Source: Myxococcota bacterium
GTDB lineage: Bacteria > Myxococcota_A > UBA796 > GCA-2862545
DNA: 64,000 bases
Assembly (NCBI GenBank): GCA_039208735.1
Contig: JBCCQY010000014.1
Coordinates: 1-64,000 of the forward strand
Direction of reading: 5' to 3'
Below the pieces are notes generated by a model. That model worked only from the letters and a program-made list of their open reading frames with translations, did not search any database and had not been told where the DNA came from. The stretch's first letter is position 1. Each line of letters starts with the position of its first letter. The position numbers and the translations under genes are program-made. This document shows, piece after piece, positions 38,797 to 48,444 of the stretch.

Positions 38797-39785
38797 TCCT
38801 TACCGACGACCATCCTCCGATGGTCGGAGGCATCGCCACGTTCGTGGCTCGCCTGGCGCGAGGCCTCGTCGATCGAGGCGATCAGGTCGAGATTGTGGCT
38901 CGTGCCGGCGCCGAGCCTGTACCGGGCACCCGCCTCATCGCGGCCCGAGGGCCTCGCTTTGGTCGTTACGCAGGACGTTGGTTGGCTCTTGCCGCGGGCT
39001 CCCGACTGTTTTCGGCCGATCGCATCGTGGCGACGACTTGGGTGGCGGCAACCACCGCAAGCCGCCTCGGTCGCCCTCTTGCCATCTTGGCCCATGGCTC
39101 CGATGTGACGCGGCCGCCGGTGCGGGCTCACGCGACGTTCCTGCGGACCTGGCGAGCAGCATGCCAACGGTTTGCGGTCTCGGACTTCTTGGTCGAACGT
39201 CTTCGGGAGCACCACCTCACCGCACGACGCCTCCCGTGGCCCGTCGATCCGTTGGCTTGTCCACCTCCGCCACGCCAACGGCACTCCCGTTGGGCATTTG
39301 TGGGCCGCCTGACGCCCTTGAAGGGGGTGGACCGATTCGTACGTTGGGTCGCGGCGGCGGGGGTTCAGGGGGTCGTGGTGGGCCATGGAAAGGCCATGGG
39401 ACCGACGGTCGCCCTCGCTCGACAACTGCGGGCAGATGTTCAATTCCTCGGTCGTGTCTCGCTCACCGAGGTCCAGACGTTGTGGCCCGAGGTTGACCTG
39501 CTGGTGCTTGCTCCTCGCGCCGACCCCGACGGCTCGGGGGCCGAAGGGTTAGGGACCGTCCTTCTTGAAGCGGCAGCCCACGGGGTGCCTTCGGTGGGCT
39601 GTGCGACGGGAGGGGTGCCCGAAGGAGCAGGGCTCATCGTGGGGGGGCCCGACGATGCCGCCGCGTCCGTCCGCGAAATCGACCGCTGGTGGACCCCAAT
39701 GCGGGGCCGGGAAGCGTGGGAACGCTGTCGAGAGCGACATGGAACGGCGAAGACCCTCGCGGCGCTGGATGATCGAGCCCCATGA
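38784..39785 (+). CDS. GT4 glycosyltransferase
   Basis: Motifs PPMVGGIA, VGRLTPLKG and EGLGTVLLEAAAHGVP. Confidence 0.88.
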   Translation: MRWLILTDDHPPMVGGIATFVARLARGLVDRGDQVEIVARAGAEPVPGTRLIAARGPRFGRYAGRWLALAAGSRLFSADRIVATTWVAATTASRLGRPLAILAHGSDVTRPPVRAHATFLRTWRAACQRFAVSDFLVERLREHHLTARRLPWPVDPLACPPPPRQRHSRWAFVGRLTPLKGVDRFVRWVAAAGVQGVVVGHGKAMGPTVALARQLRADVQFLGRVSLTEVQTLWPEVDLLVLAPRADPDGSGAEGLGTVLLEAAAHGVPSVGCATGGVPEGAGLIVGGPDDAAASVREIDRWWTPMRGREAWERCRERHGTAKTLAALDDRAP

Positions 39786-40852
39786 GCCAGGCGTGGTTTG
39801 TCTTGTACCGCCCGTCGGCGCCGAGTGTACGGGCGCAGGCTGTTCAGGTGTTGGCGACGGCCGGAGCCCTCGCCACCCGTGGCCATCGCGTGACCGTGTG
39901 CGTTCAGACGGAGGCCTCCGATGCGGCGATTCGAGAGGCCCACGCCTTGCCATCGTCCCTGCATCTCGTGCGCCTGCCGTTGGGGAATACTTGGGCATCT
40001 TTGGCGTATCGTGCGTCTTTTGCGGACTTCATTCGTCGCACCAAAGGTCGGCGATGGGTGCTTGCCCGATCGAAGCGGCATGCCCACTGGGCGCTGCGGT
40101 GGTTTGGAGGCCGGTTTCGGCTGATCATGGAAGCCCATGAAGTCGATAGCCTTCGCACGGATCGCGCGATCGAGGGCGTTCATGCCCTTGAGCGACAGGT
40201 GCTTCGCAGTGCGGTCGGCCTCGTTGCCAATGCCGTGGGAACGCTGGCCGATCTGCGGGCGACGCATTGGCCGTTGCCCCCTGCGACCGTAATCGCCAAC
40301 GCGGCACTTCCGGGTGGCCCTGCGATGTCTCCGGGTGCGGACATCGGATGGCTCGGCTCCATTCGGCCAGACAAGGACCCCGAAACTGTCGCGCACGCTG
40401 CCCGCACGTTGTCGCATCGCATCGTTGTGGGAGGACCAACGGCAGCCGACGTTGCTCCTTTGGTGGAACGGTCCCAAGGACGCCTGATCGTGGAGCCCGC
40501 TCGGTGGCCCGCCCAGGTTCCCGAACGCTTGCGCCAGTTCCGCGTGTTGTTGGTGCCCTTGTCGCGCGGACGGTTTGGCGAACGATGGAGTTCACCGTTG
40601 AAACTCTACGATGCTTTGGCGAGTGGGGTGCCCATCGTCGCGGCGGACACCGCGGCCGTTCGTGCGATTGCCGGCTCCGCGTTCGTGCCCTACCGTCCAG
40701 GGGATGCCAAGAGCCTTCAGGAGGCCCTGGACCGCGCGATGACCGACGAGCCGCTGCGACGACAGCTTCGCGACGCCGCAAGGCCCCGAAGGCGCACCTG
40801 GGACCTGCGCGCCCAAGAGCTCGAAGCGTTCGCGCATCGGATCGCACGGTGA
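39782..40852 (+). CDS. GT4 glycosyltransferase
   Basis: Motifs MEAHE and SSPLKLYDALASGVPIVA. Confidence 0.82.
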   Translation: MSQAWFVLYRPSAPSVRAQAVQVLATAGALATRGHRVTVCVQTEASDAAIREAHALPSSLHLVRLPLGNTWASLAYRASFADFIRRTKGRRWVLARSKRHAHWALRWFGGRFRLIMEAHEVDSLRTDRAIEGVHALERQVLRSAVGLVANAVGTLADLRATHWPLPPATVIANAALPGGPAMSPGADIGWLGSIRPDKDPETVAHAARTLSHRIVVGGPTAADVAPLVERSQGRLIVEPARWPAQVPERLRQFRVLLVPLSRGRFGERWSSPLKLYDALASGVPIVAADTAAVRAIAGSAFVPYRPGDAKSLQEALDRAMTDEPLRRQLRDAARPRRRTWDLRAQELEAFAHRIAR

Positions 40853-41910
40853 TGCGGATCGCCTACGTCGTTCGCTACTGGCCGACGCTGTCCGAGACGT
40901 TTGTGGTGCGTGAGATTGCGGAACTCCAGCGTCGGGGTTTGCACATCGAGGTGTTTGCCCTTGGGCATCGTCGCGATCCACATCCCGGGGAATCGCTGTC
41001 CGAGCTTCGCGTGCATCGCCCCCCTCGAGGCGCGGCTCTCTTGGCGGCCGCGTTCAGGGCCATCCCAAAGCCCATCTGGAGCAAGCAGGCGGTGCGGGTG
41101 GCATGGGCGGCTCGGCGCCTTCGTGAGGGCCGGTTCGATCGGGTTCATGCGCACTTTGCAGGCGAGGCAGCGGCTTTTGCGAGGGCTGCGGCACGGCGGG
41201 CCGACCTTCCGTTTTCGGTGACCGTGCATGCCAACGATCTGTTCGTGCCGCGAGCAGACCTGCGATCCCTGTTGCATGCGGCCCGTCCGGTGATCACCGT
41301 ATGCGCGCATCATGCCCAGGTGATGCACGAGCGCTATCAGGTGCAAAGCCGCGTCGTGCACTGCGGGGTCGACCCAGACCGATACCCGCTTTGCGACCCC
41401 GGACGGTCGCGTCGCTTTGTGAGTGTCGCGCGCGACGTGCCCAAGAAGGGCCTCGACGACCTCGTGCAGGCCATGCAGCAGGTTCCCGCTCTGCTGCGCC
41501 TCGTGAGCGACGGGGTGCGATTGGGGGGCCCGGGAGTGTTGGTGGGGCCCGTGCCCGCCGCCGCCGTCGATGCCATCCTCGCCGACGCGATGGCGTTCGT
41601 GCTCCCGTGTCGTATCGCGGAAAACGGAGATCGGGACGGAATTCCGGTGGCCATGATGGAGGCAATGGCCTCGGGCATTCCCGTGGTGACGACCGGCGTA
41701 AGTGGATTGCCAGAACTTGTCGATGACGAGGTCGGCTGGCGAGTCCCGCCGAACCACCCTCGGACGCTGGCCGCGACGTTGCGGGAGGTGTTGGCCGACC
41801 CCGAATTGCGTCGCCGGAAGGGAGCGCTGGCGCGTCGTCGGATCGTCGATCGATCGTTCACCCTTTCGGCACAGGCCAATGGGCTACTCGCTGCGTGGGA
41901 GCTGGGATGA
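40852..41910 (+). CDS. GT4 glycosyltransferase (WcaL-like)
   Basis: Motifs WPTLSETFVVREI, HAHFA and DRDGIPVAMMEAMASG. Confidence 0.88.
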   Translation: MRIAYVVRYWPTLSETFVVREIAELQRRGLHIEVFALGHRRDPHPGESLSELRVHRPPRGAALLAAAFRAIPKPIWSKQAVRVAWAARRLREGRFDRVHAHFAGEAAAFARAAARRADLPFSVTVHANDLFVPRADLRSLLHAARPVITVCAHHAQVMHERYQVQSRVVHCGVDPDRYPLCDPGRSRRFVSVARDVPKKGLDDLVQAMQQVPALLRLVSDGVRLGGPGVLVGPVPAAAVDAILADAMAFVLPCRIAENGDRDGIPVAMMEAMASGIPVVTTGVSGLPELVDDEVGWRVPPNHPRTLAATLREVLADPELRRRKGALARRRIVDRSFTLSAQANGLLAAWELG

Positions 41911-42743
41911 CGAGCGAGCTTCGACGGGTTCGAGCCAACCACCTCGACATTGCGTACTTCGAGTACGGTGAGGGACCGCTGGTGGTGTTGGTACATGGGT
42001 TTCCCGACACCGCGATGACCTGGCAGGCACTGGGGCCCCGCATCGCAGACCTGGGGTACCGCGTGGTGGCTCCCTATCTGCGTGGCTATCACCCGACGTC
42101 GCAGCCCGATCGCGACACCACCATCGTAGACCTCGGTGATGACGTGCGGGGGCTGATGGATGCGCTCGATGCGCCCCAAGCCGTGCTCGTGGGCCACGAC
42201 TGGGGAGCCAGCGCGGTGATGATGGCGGCCGCGACCGCCCCTGAACGGGTCGTCGGCTTGGGCTTACTCGCCATTCCCCACCCGGCCGCGTTGACTCCGT
42301 CGCTCACCTCGCTCTGGCGAGCCCGTCACTTCATCACGCTCACCCTACCCGGAGCAGAGCGGCGCTTTGCCCGCCGCGACCTGTCCGGCATCGACACGCT
42401 CCTCCGACGCTGGGCCCCGAACTGGACTCCGTCTGAAGACGAACTCGCCGACGTGCGTCGATGCTTCCGAGAACCCGGCGCTCTTCATGCTGCGCTGGGG
42501 TACTACCGTGCGTTTTCCTTTCGGGTGCCCGACCGCCTCAAGGCCAAACTTCCCATGCCCACCGTCGCCATTGCAGGGCTCGAAGACATTGTCGAGGTGA
42601 CTGCGTTCGAGCGCAGTCGTCGAGGTTTCTCGGGAGATTTTCAGGTTCGGGAGTACCCGTGTGGACACTTCCCGCACCGAGAGCGTCCGGATGATGTTTT
42701 TCAGGCTTTATCCGAGCTTTTGTCGAAATCAAAGTTCGACTGA
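41907..42743 (+). CDS. Alpha/beta hydrolase (epoxide hydrolase-like)
   Basis: Motifs HGFP, GHDWG and GHFPHRE. Confidence 0.9.
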   Translation: MTSELRRVRANHLDIAYFEYGEGPLVVLVHGFPDTAMTWQALGPRIADLGYRVVAPYLRGYHPTSQPDRDTTIVDLGDDVRGLMDALDAPQAVLVGHDWGASAVMMAAATAPERVVGLGLLAIPHPAALTPSLTSLWRARHFITLTLPGAERRFARRDLSGIDTLLRRWAPNWTPSEDELADVRRCFREPGALHAALGYYRAFSFRVPDRLKAKLPMPTVAIAGLEDIVEVTAFERSRRGFSGDFQVREYPCGHFPHRERPDDVFQALSELLSKSKFD

Positions 42744-42761
42744 TCGGGACATCTTGGCCAT

Positions 42762-44255
42762 GTGCACGACGCGCTGGCCAGCTACCTTCATTCCCGAGCC
42801 CGGGGCGCTTCTCATCGAGGGGCCGTCCGGGCTGCGTCCGAGGCGGTAGCCACCGACCCCTGGCGAGTGGTGCAAGAAGGCGGGGCGCTCGCACGGGCCA
42901 GGCCAGTCGTCGCCGAGACCGATCTGGGGCTCACAGCGGACCTCGATCCCGTGGCCCTGACCGATATGCGGGCCGTGGTTCGCATCGGCCAGGGCCAGCC
43001 CTACCCGCAACGTGACCCGCGACAGCGACGTCGCGCGGGCGCCTACGACACCCCAGCCGAGTTGGCTCGAACCGTCGTGCAGGCGACGTTGGCGGCCGCC
43101 AAGCGGTGTCGTCGTGCGCTTGACCCCGCGTGTGGTTCGGGCGCCTTCCTCGTGGCGCTCACCGAGGCGGGCGTTGCGGACGTGACCGGTACCGACCTGG
43201 ATGAAGTGGTGCTCGAGGTGGCCCGGGTGGCTTGTCCACAGGCCCACCTGGATGTCGCCGACGCTCTCGAACCCGGTCCACCCGCCGATGTCGTGTGCGG
43301 CAATCCCCCGTTTATTCGAACTGAACGGCAGGATCGGAACTTGCGCCGGCGGCTGCGAGAGCGACTCCCGTGGCTTCGAGGCCGTTTCGACCTCGTCGTG
43401 CCCTTTGCAGCCATTGCGTCCGAGCGCGTGGCCTCCGGAGGAGCCTTGGGCTTGGTCTTGCCCTACTCCTGCTTTGTCCAGCCCTACGCCACGCCCCTGC
43501 GTCGAAGGTGGCTCCACGGCTTTGGCGTGGCGCGGCTCGAAGGCCCGATGGCGTTTCCCGGAGCGGCGGTGCAGGTAGGCTGGCTCGTCTTGGAACCGGG
43601 GTGCCGCCACACCTCGGCGTGGCCCGCGGAGGCGGCGTTGCGACTGCCGGCCGTGCCGTTCACACCGAGCCTCCACCGTCGCGACGTGTCCATCGTCGAA
43701 CGCATGGCGGCCTGCTCTGATGTGTTGGGGACGTTCTGCGAGGTGGACACGGGGCTTGTGGCCCATGGCGCGCATGGAGGAAAGGCCCGGCTCCTCTGTG
43801 AAACCCCGACGTCCGGCACGGTTCCGTATGCCGATGCCCGAGGGTTCTTTGCGGGTCGGCATGGGTGGCTGCACTACCGGCCGCACGAGATGCACCGCCC
43901 GAAGCGTCCCGCACTCTTCGAATCCCCCAAGATCGTGATTCAACGCTTGCGAGGTCGGGCGCCGGTGCGTGCTGCGGTCGATCGCAAAGGCATCTACGTG
44001 GGCCATACTTGCACGGTGGTTCGGCCCCTCGATCCGTCGACCGACCTCGAACGGTTGCTCGAGCTCATTCGATCGCCCTTGGTCGATGGCTATACGCGCA
44101 TTCGCTGCGGAGTGCGTCTCGACCTCTATCCCCGCGACGTGCGGTCGATGCCCGTGCCCCACGGTTGGTTGGAGCGACCGGGCCAGGGCTTGGCCGAGGC
44201 CTTTGGCTTAGGTCCCAGCGAAGTGGAACGACTCTACGTTGCGGCAGGCCGCTAG
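42762..44255 (+). CDS. N6-adenine DNA methyltransferase (gamma class, Eco57I/TaqI-like), orphan
   Basis: GAYDTP, motif I LDPACGSGAFL and motif IV GNPPF, followed by a TaqI_C-like region (PKIVIQRL). Confidence 0.8.
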   Translation: MHDALASYLHSRARGASHRGAVRAASEAVATDPWRVVQEGGALARARPVVAETDLGLTADLDPVALTDMRAVVRIGQGQPYPQRDPRQRRRAGAYDTPAELARTVVQATLAAAKRCRRALDPACGSGAFLVALTEAGVADVTGTDLDEVVLEVARVACPQAHLDVADALEPGPPADVVCGNPPFIRTERQDRNLRRRLRERLPWLRGRFDLVVPFAAIASERVASGGALGLVLPYSCFVQPYATPLRRRWLHGFGVARLEGPMAFPGAAVQVGWLVLEPGCRHTSAWPAEAALRLPAVPFTPSLHRRDVSIVERMAACSDVLGTFCEVDTGLVAHGAHGGKARLLCETPTSGTVPYADARGFFAGRHGWLHYRPHEMHRPKRPALFESPKIVIQRLRGRAPVRAAVDRKGIYVGHTCTVVRPLDPSTDLERLLELIRSPLVDGYTRIRCGVRLDLYPRDVRSMPVPHGWLERPGQGLAEAFGLGPSEVERLYVAAGR

Positions 44256-44893
44256 CCCGCCGCGGTGGCAATGCGGGCGATCACGCTCGGTCGGCGGCGG
44301 ACGCGTGACAACTCGGCGAGCACGATGCCCTGGAAGGTACGCAGGGCGGTGTCCAGCACATCGTTGACAACGACGAAGTCGTATTCACCGCACCCGCCCA
44401 GCTGCTCGGCGGCTTGCGTCATGCGCCGTTCAATGGTCTGGGCGTCATCGGTACCTCGTCCATTGAGCCGCTGACGAAGGATCTCGAAGGACGGCGGGGC
44501 GACGAAGATGTGGACCGCTTCGGGCATGCGCTCCCGGATCTGTCGCGCGCCTTGGACGTCGATGTCGAGCAGCAACGATCGGCCCTGCGACAAGGCCTCT
44601 TCGGTGGGTTGGCGCAGGGTTCCGTAGTCTCGTCCATAGACGGTTGCCGACTCGAGAAACGCGTCCGCCTCTTGGAGGGCTTGAAAGCGCTCGCGCGTCA
44701 GGAAATGGTAGGCCTCGCCGTTAACCTCGCCTTCGCGAGGTTCTCGTGTGGTGGCGGACACACTGAACGACAGGCCTTCGATCGCGGCCAACGTGGCGGC
44801 TACGAGGGTGGACTTGCCCACCCCGCTCGGCCCCGAAATCACAAAAAGGGCGCCTCGATCCGGCGGCACCCAACCGGGAAGTGGCTCATTCAC
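44252..44893 (-). CDS. gmk: Guanylate kinase
   Basis: Motifs SGPSGVGKST, SATTREPREGE and DIDVQGA. Confidence 0.97.
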   Translation of the reverse strand: MNEPLPGWVPPDRGALFVISGPSGVGKSTLVAATLAAIEGLSFSVSATTREPREGEVNGEAYHFLTRERFQALQEADAFLESATVYGRDYGTLRQPTEEALSQGRSLLLDIDVQGARQIRERMPEAVHIFVAPPSFEILRQRLNGRGTDDAQTIERRMTQAAEQLGGCGEYDFVVVNDVLDTALRTFQGIVLAELSRVRRRPSVIARIATAAG

Positions 44894-45765
44894 TGCAGGT
44901 TCGCCGATTGCTCACGCATGCGCTCGAGTAACGCCTTGAGTTCGACAACGTGAGCGCTCACGGCGTGGTCTGCGGTTTTCGCTCCCATCGTGTTGGCCTC
45001 CCGGTTGAGTTCCTGCAGCAGGAAGTCGAGCCGGCGGCCCACGGGCTCATCACTCTCGAGAGCATCCGAGAGCTGATCAAGATGGCTCCCCAGGCGCGTC
45101 AGCTCTTCGCTGATGTCCGCCTTATCGGCAAGGATCGCGACTTCCTGAGCAAGTCTCGCCGGATCCAATCGTTCGGCAATGAGACGGTCTAGACGCTGTT
45201 GGAGGCGTTGTTGAATCGTCTCGGCCACCGAAACGACGGCGGCTTCGACGTGCGCAGCAAGGTCTCGGGCCTCGGTCACATACGTCTTCAGCGTGGTGAC
45301 GAGCGCAGCGCCCTCGGTTTGACGCATGGTGAGCAAATCGTCGATCGCCGCGGTGAGGGCGGCTTCGACGATGGGCCATTCCCCCATCACGTCGGTTTCG
45401 GCTTCTTCCACCACGAGCACGCCGGGTTGAGACAGCACAAACGCGAGCGAGACCGAACCGTCCACTCCAGGCAGCTCTTGGGCGAGTTGCTGTGCTGCCT
45501 CGACATAGGCGCGAGCCAGCGAACGGTCGGTGGTCAGTCGGCGCTCGGAGCCCACCCCTTGGCGCCGAATGAAGACATCCACCCGACCTCTCGCAATCGC
45601 CGCCTTAAGCAGGGAAAGCATGCGCGGCTCGAGTGCGCCGTACTCCCGCGGAACCCGCAGTTGCAGGTCGCGGAAGCGGTTGTTGACGCTCTTGAGTTCC
45701 ACGACGACCGTGACATGGTTGGTCGCCGCTTCACCCCGGCCGTACCCCGTCATCGATTGAGGCAC
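44890..45765 (-). CDS. yicC: YicC/YloC family endoribonuclease
   Basis: Motifs SMTGYG, KSVNNR and GRRLDFLLQELNREANT. Lies upstream of gmk. Confidence 0.93.
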   Translation of the reverse strand: MPQSMTGYGRGEAATNHVTVVVELKSVNNRFRDLQLRVPREYGALEPRMLSLLKAAIARGRVDVFIRRQGVGSERRLTTDRSLARAYVEAAQQLAQELPGVDGSVSLAFVLSQPGVLVVEEAETDVMGEWPIVEAALTAAIDDLLTMRQTEGAALVTTLKTYVTEARDLAAHVEAAVVSVAETIQQRLQQRLDRLIAERLDPARLAQEVAILADKADISEELTRLGSHLDQLSDALESDEPVGRRLDFLLQELNREANTMGAKTADHAVSAHVVELKALLERMREQSANLQ

Positions 45766-45786
45766 GACAAACCTCCGAAGCGCCGA

Positions 45787-47472
45787 TCAAGGCGTGATGT
45801 TCACGCTTAGGAAGTAGGGCTGCTGACCCGTCTTGGTGTCGATCACGAGGAACAGGTCCTGATCGGGCCCACTGTTCGTGTAGCTCAGCGTTTCTTCGTT
45901 TGCGAGGCTGTTGTCCGAGCCTGCCTCGCACTGGAACGCGTCGTTGCAGTTGCTCAGGAGGTAGATCGAAGGGTCGCCGTCAGGCATGTCGATTCCGACC
46001 GTGAGCGTGGCCCCAGAGGGAACCGTGATCGGCACGAGCGACTCACCACCCGGGGCGGCCGCGTTGGTGCAGCCACCGCCGCCGGGATTCAGGTCGTTCG
46101 AGTACGCAGTGAACTGCACGAAGTAAACGCCCGGCTGCAGCGAGTTGCCGGGCTGAACGTCACCGCAGGTGTTGAACATCGTCGGTGCGCCAAGCACGTC
46201 GATCACGACATCCATGGTGTAGAAGTTGGGCTCACCGCCACCACGGGTATCCGCCAGCACATACACCGACTCGGTGCGGTCGCTGATGTTGAAGTACTCG
46301 ACGAACTCGGGCTGGTTGAGGCCGATGGGCATGGTGTTCGCATTGAAGACGTCCGAGAAGTCTTCGCAGGCGTTGGCGGTAGTGGGGCACGTGGTCGAGA
46401 GCCCCAATACGCCATCTTCACCGTACGCGGTGTATTCGACGGTCATAAGGGAACGCGGTGGCATGTCGACACGGTAGATGGCGTCTGCGCCTCCCGCGCC
46501 ACAAATGCTGACGCCGTTGGAGAGTCCATCGAACGTCGACCACCAGCCCCCTTCAGGCAGCGACAGCAAGCCTTCGGCCGGCTGGCACGTGTTGGCTGGT
46601 GAGAGCTGTTCGCGCGCACCGACGTTGAGGAACTGCCCCGAGAAGTTGACCTCGCTCATGGCCGTCACGTCGACGACGTGGCCGAAGCGACGGAACTCGG
46701 ACCGGTTCCAGCGCTTGAGCGAGAACTCGACGTCCTGCACGAGGCTGGTCCATGGCAACGAGTCGACGTCGAGCGCGAACAGACCGTCATCCTTCAGGCG
46801 AAAGATGCGGGAGAAGCCGAAGCGGCTCGTGGCCTCGAGCGTGATGATGCTTTCGCCCGTCGGTACCCATTCGATGATGAACTGCTCATCGTTGGTGAAG
46901 CGGGTGAAGCTGCCCGCGGCCGGCGAGATGATCTCGATGGGGGGGCTGATGTTCAAGAGATCGGGCGACACGTAGTCCGGCCAGAAGCCATTTTCCCAAG
47001 CCACGCCAACCTGCTGGCCCGAAAACGTTCCCGCCTGGGCGGTACCCGGGTCGCGGTAGAAGACCGCCTGGGTGTCTTCGTCCTGGCTGAAGGGGATGGA
47101 CAACGCGCCGAAGTTGACTTCGGGCCCCAGGTAGCGCGTGCGCAACAGCTCGAGATTGACGCGCGCATCGGGGTCGAAGTCGATGAAGGTGCCTTCGGCC
47201 TTGGGCAGCTGGGGCAGACACGTGGTGTCGCGGTTCGGGTCCGTGAGGCACTGCGGCAGGTTCACGAAGCCAGGTGTGGTCTGGACGGCCACGGCCGCGG
47301 CGCCGGCCGAACCATTGTTCATGTTCCGCCAAAACATGAAAGCGCCGAAGTCGCCGGGCGACCAACCTGTGTCGAGCGACTCGGCGGTGTCCGCGGTCTC
47401 GATCGCGGGGCCTGTGGGCTCATCAGGGTCAGACGACGTGCAGGCCAACAGCGTGTGAAGCATCAGAAACAT
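45787..47472 (-). CDS. Cys-rich lipoprotein with two PPC-like beta-sandwich repeats
   Basis: LLAC lipobox. Repeats of TC...G...ESLVP...DPSIYLL..C...ETLSYTN. Paralog of 48445-50154. Confidence 0.7.
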   Translation of the reverse strand: MFLMLHTLLACTSSDPDEPTGPAIETADTAESLDTGWSPGDFGAFMFWRNMNNGSAGAAAVAVQTTPGFVNLPQCLTDPNRDTTCLPQLPKAEGTFIDFDPDARVNLELLRTRYLGPEVNFGALSIPFSQDEDTQAVFYRDPGTAQAGTFSGQQVGVAWENGFWPDYVSPDLLNISPPIEIISPAAGSFTRFTNDEQFIIEWVPTGESIITLEATSRFGFSRIFRLKDDGLFALDVDSLPWTSLVQDVEFSLKRWNRSEFRRFGHVVDVTAMSEVNFSGQFLNVGAREQLSPANTCQPAEGLLSLPEGGWWSTFDGLSNGVSICGAGGADAIYRVDMPPRSLMTVEYTAYGEDGVLGLSTTCPTTANACEDFSDVFNANTMPIGLNQPEFVEYFNISDRTESVYVLADTRGGGEPNFYTMDVVIDVLGAPTMFNTCGDVQPGNSLQPGVYFVQFTAYSNDLNPGGGGCTNAAAPGGESLVPITVPSGATLTVGIDMPDGDPSIYLLSNCNDAFQCEAGSDNSLANEETLSYTNSGPDQDLFLVIDTKTGQQPYFLSVNITP

Positions 47473-47540
47473 GAAGGCTACCCTCGGGGGTGACATCCGG
47501 GCATGCCCAAGTAACCCAAAGACCTTCACTCGGAAGAAGA

Positions 47541-48434
47541 TCACAGCCGGAGTAGAACCTCGTCCAGGACCAACGGGGGCACACAGGTTCCTTCAGCGTC
47601 GCAGTCCGTGACGGTGCATGCGCCTCGCTGAAAAGTGAGGGTACACGCTGGGGTTCCGTCCTCGAAGGTCAACGTTCCGGTTCCGTTGCCTTCGGAATCA
47701 AACCCATAGTTCCAGAACTCGGGCACACCGTCGTTGATGATGGCTCGGTACTCGACGTTCATCCTTCCATTTGCACGTCGGCGATAAAAGCCGTTGAGCA
47801 GGGTGTCGGCCGTCTCGTACACGAGATCGCGTCGCCAGGACACGTCTCGGGCGTTGCCCGATTCATCGAGCATGTAGGTGAGATTCGCGCCTTGGAAATT
47901 GAGCGACTCGGTCCACGACCCGTCGGGCAGGCGTTCGCCGTCGGCGACGAACGTCCGGGCGCCATCAACGAATTCATGCGTGTAAAGCAGCCCATCGTCG
48001 GTCAGCTCACCCCGGTAGATCTCGACCCGACCCTGTTCGTCTTCGACCCGACGGTTCACGTCACAACCAAGCCTGAGATCCCTCACCTCGATCGAGCGAC
48101 GAATCAGGGGCAGCGTGACTTCGAGATCGTACTCGAGATCGAGATCGCCATCGGGCCATAGCGTACCTTGGCCCTCCGCCGATTCCGACCGACGAAACGC
48201 ACCTTCTACGTAGGTGCGCTCCCATTCCAGGTCGCCTGTGCGCAGATCATACTCACCCGCCATCTGCACGACGATATCGCTATCACGGGGAATATAGTCG
48301 AATGCACCGTCACCTGAGCCCTGCAATACGTCATTGGTCAGTCCCCCTGCCCAGTCGACGAAATCTGCGTCGCAGGTGGGGTCATCGAACACGAAACGCG
48401 AAGTACAGCTGGCCAGGAGCCACCAAACCCACAT
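47541..48434 (-). CDS. Hypothetical lipoprotein, beta-rich
   Basis: MWVWWLLASC start, acidic beta-strand-like body and C-terminal Cys cluster. Confidence 0.65.
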   Translation of the reverse strand: MWVWWLLASCTSRFVFDDPTCDADFVDWAGGLTNDVLQGSGDGAFDYIPRDSDIVVQMAGEYDLRTGDLEWERTYVEGAFRRSESAEGQGTLWPDGDLDLEYDLEVTLPLIRRSIEVRDLRLGCDVNRRVEDEQGRVEIYRGELTDDGLLYTHEFVDGARTFVADGERLPDGSWTESLNFQGANLTYMLDESGNARDVSWRRDLVYETADTLLNGFYRRRANGRMNVEYRAIINDGVPEFWNYGFDSEGNGTGTLTFEDGTPACTLTFQRGACTVTDCDAEGTCVPPLVLDEVLLRL

Positions 48435-48444
48435 CGGGCCTCCG

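Noticed and set aside
42762..44255. Restriction-modification or defence island
   Set aside because: No nuclease, helicase or mobility genes adjacent. The flanks are housekeeping genes.
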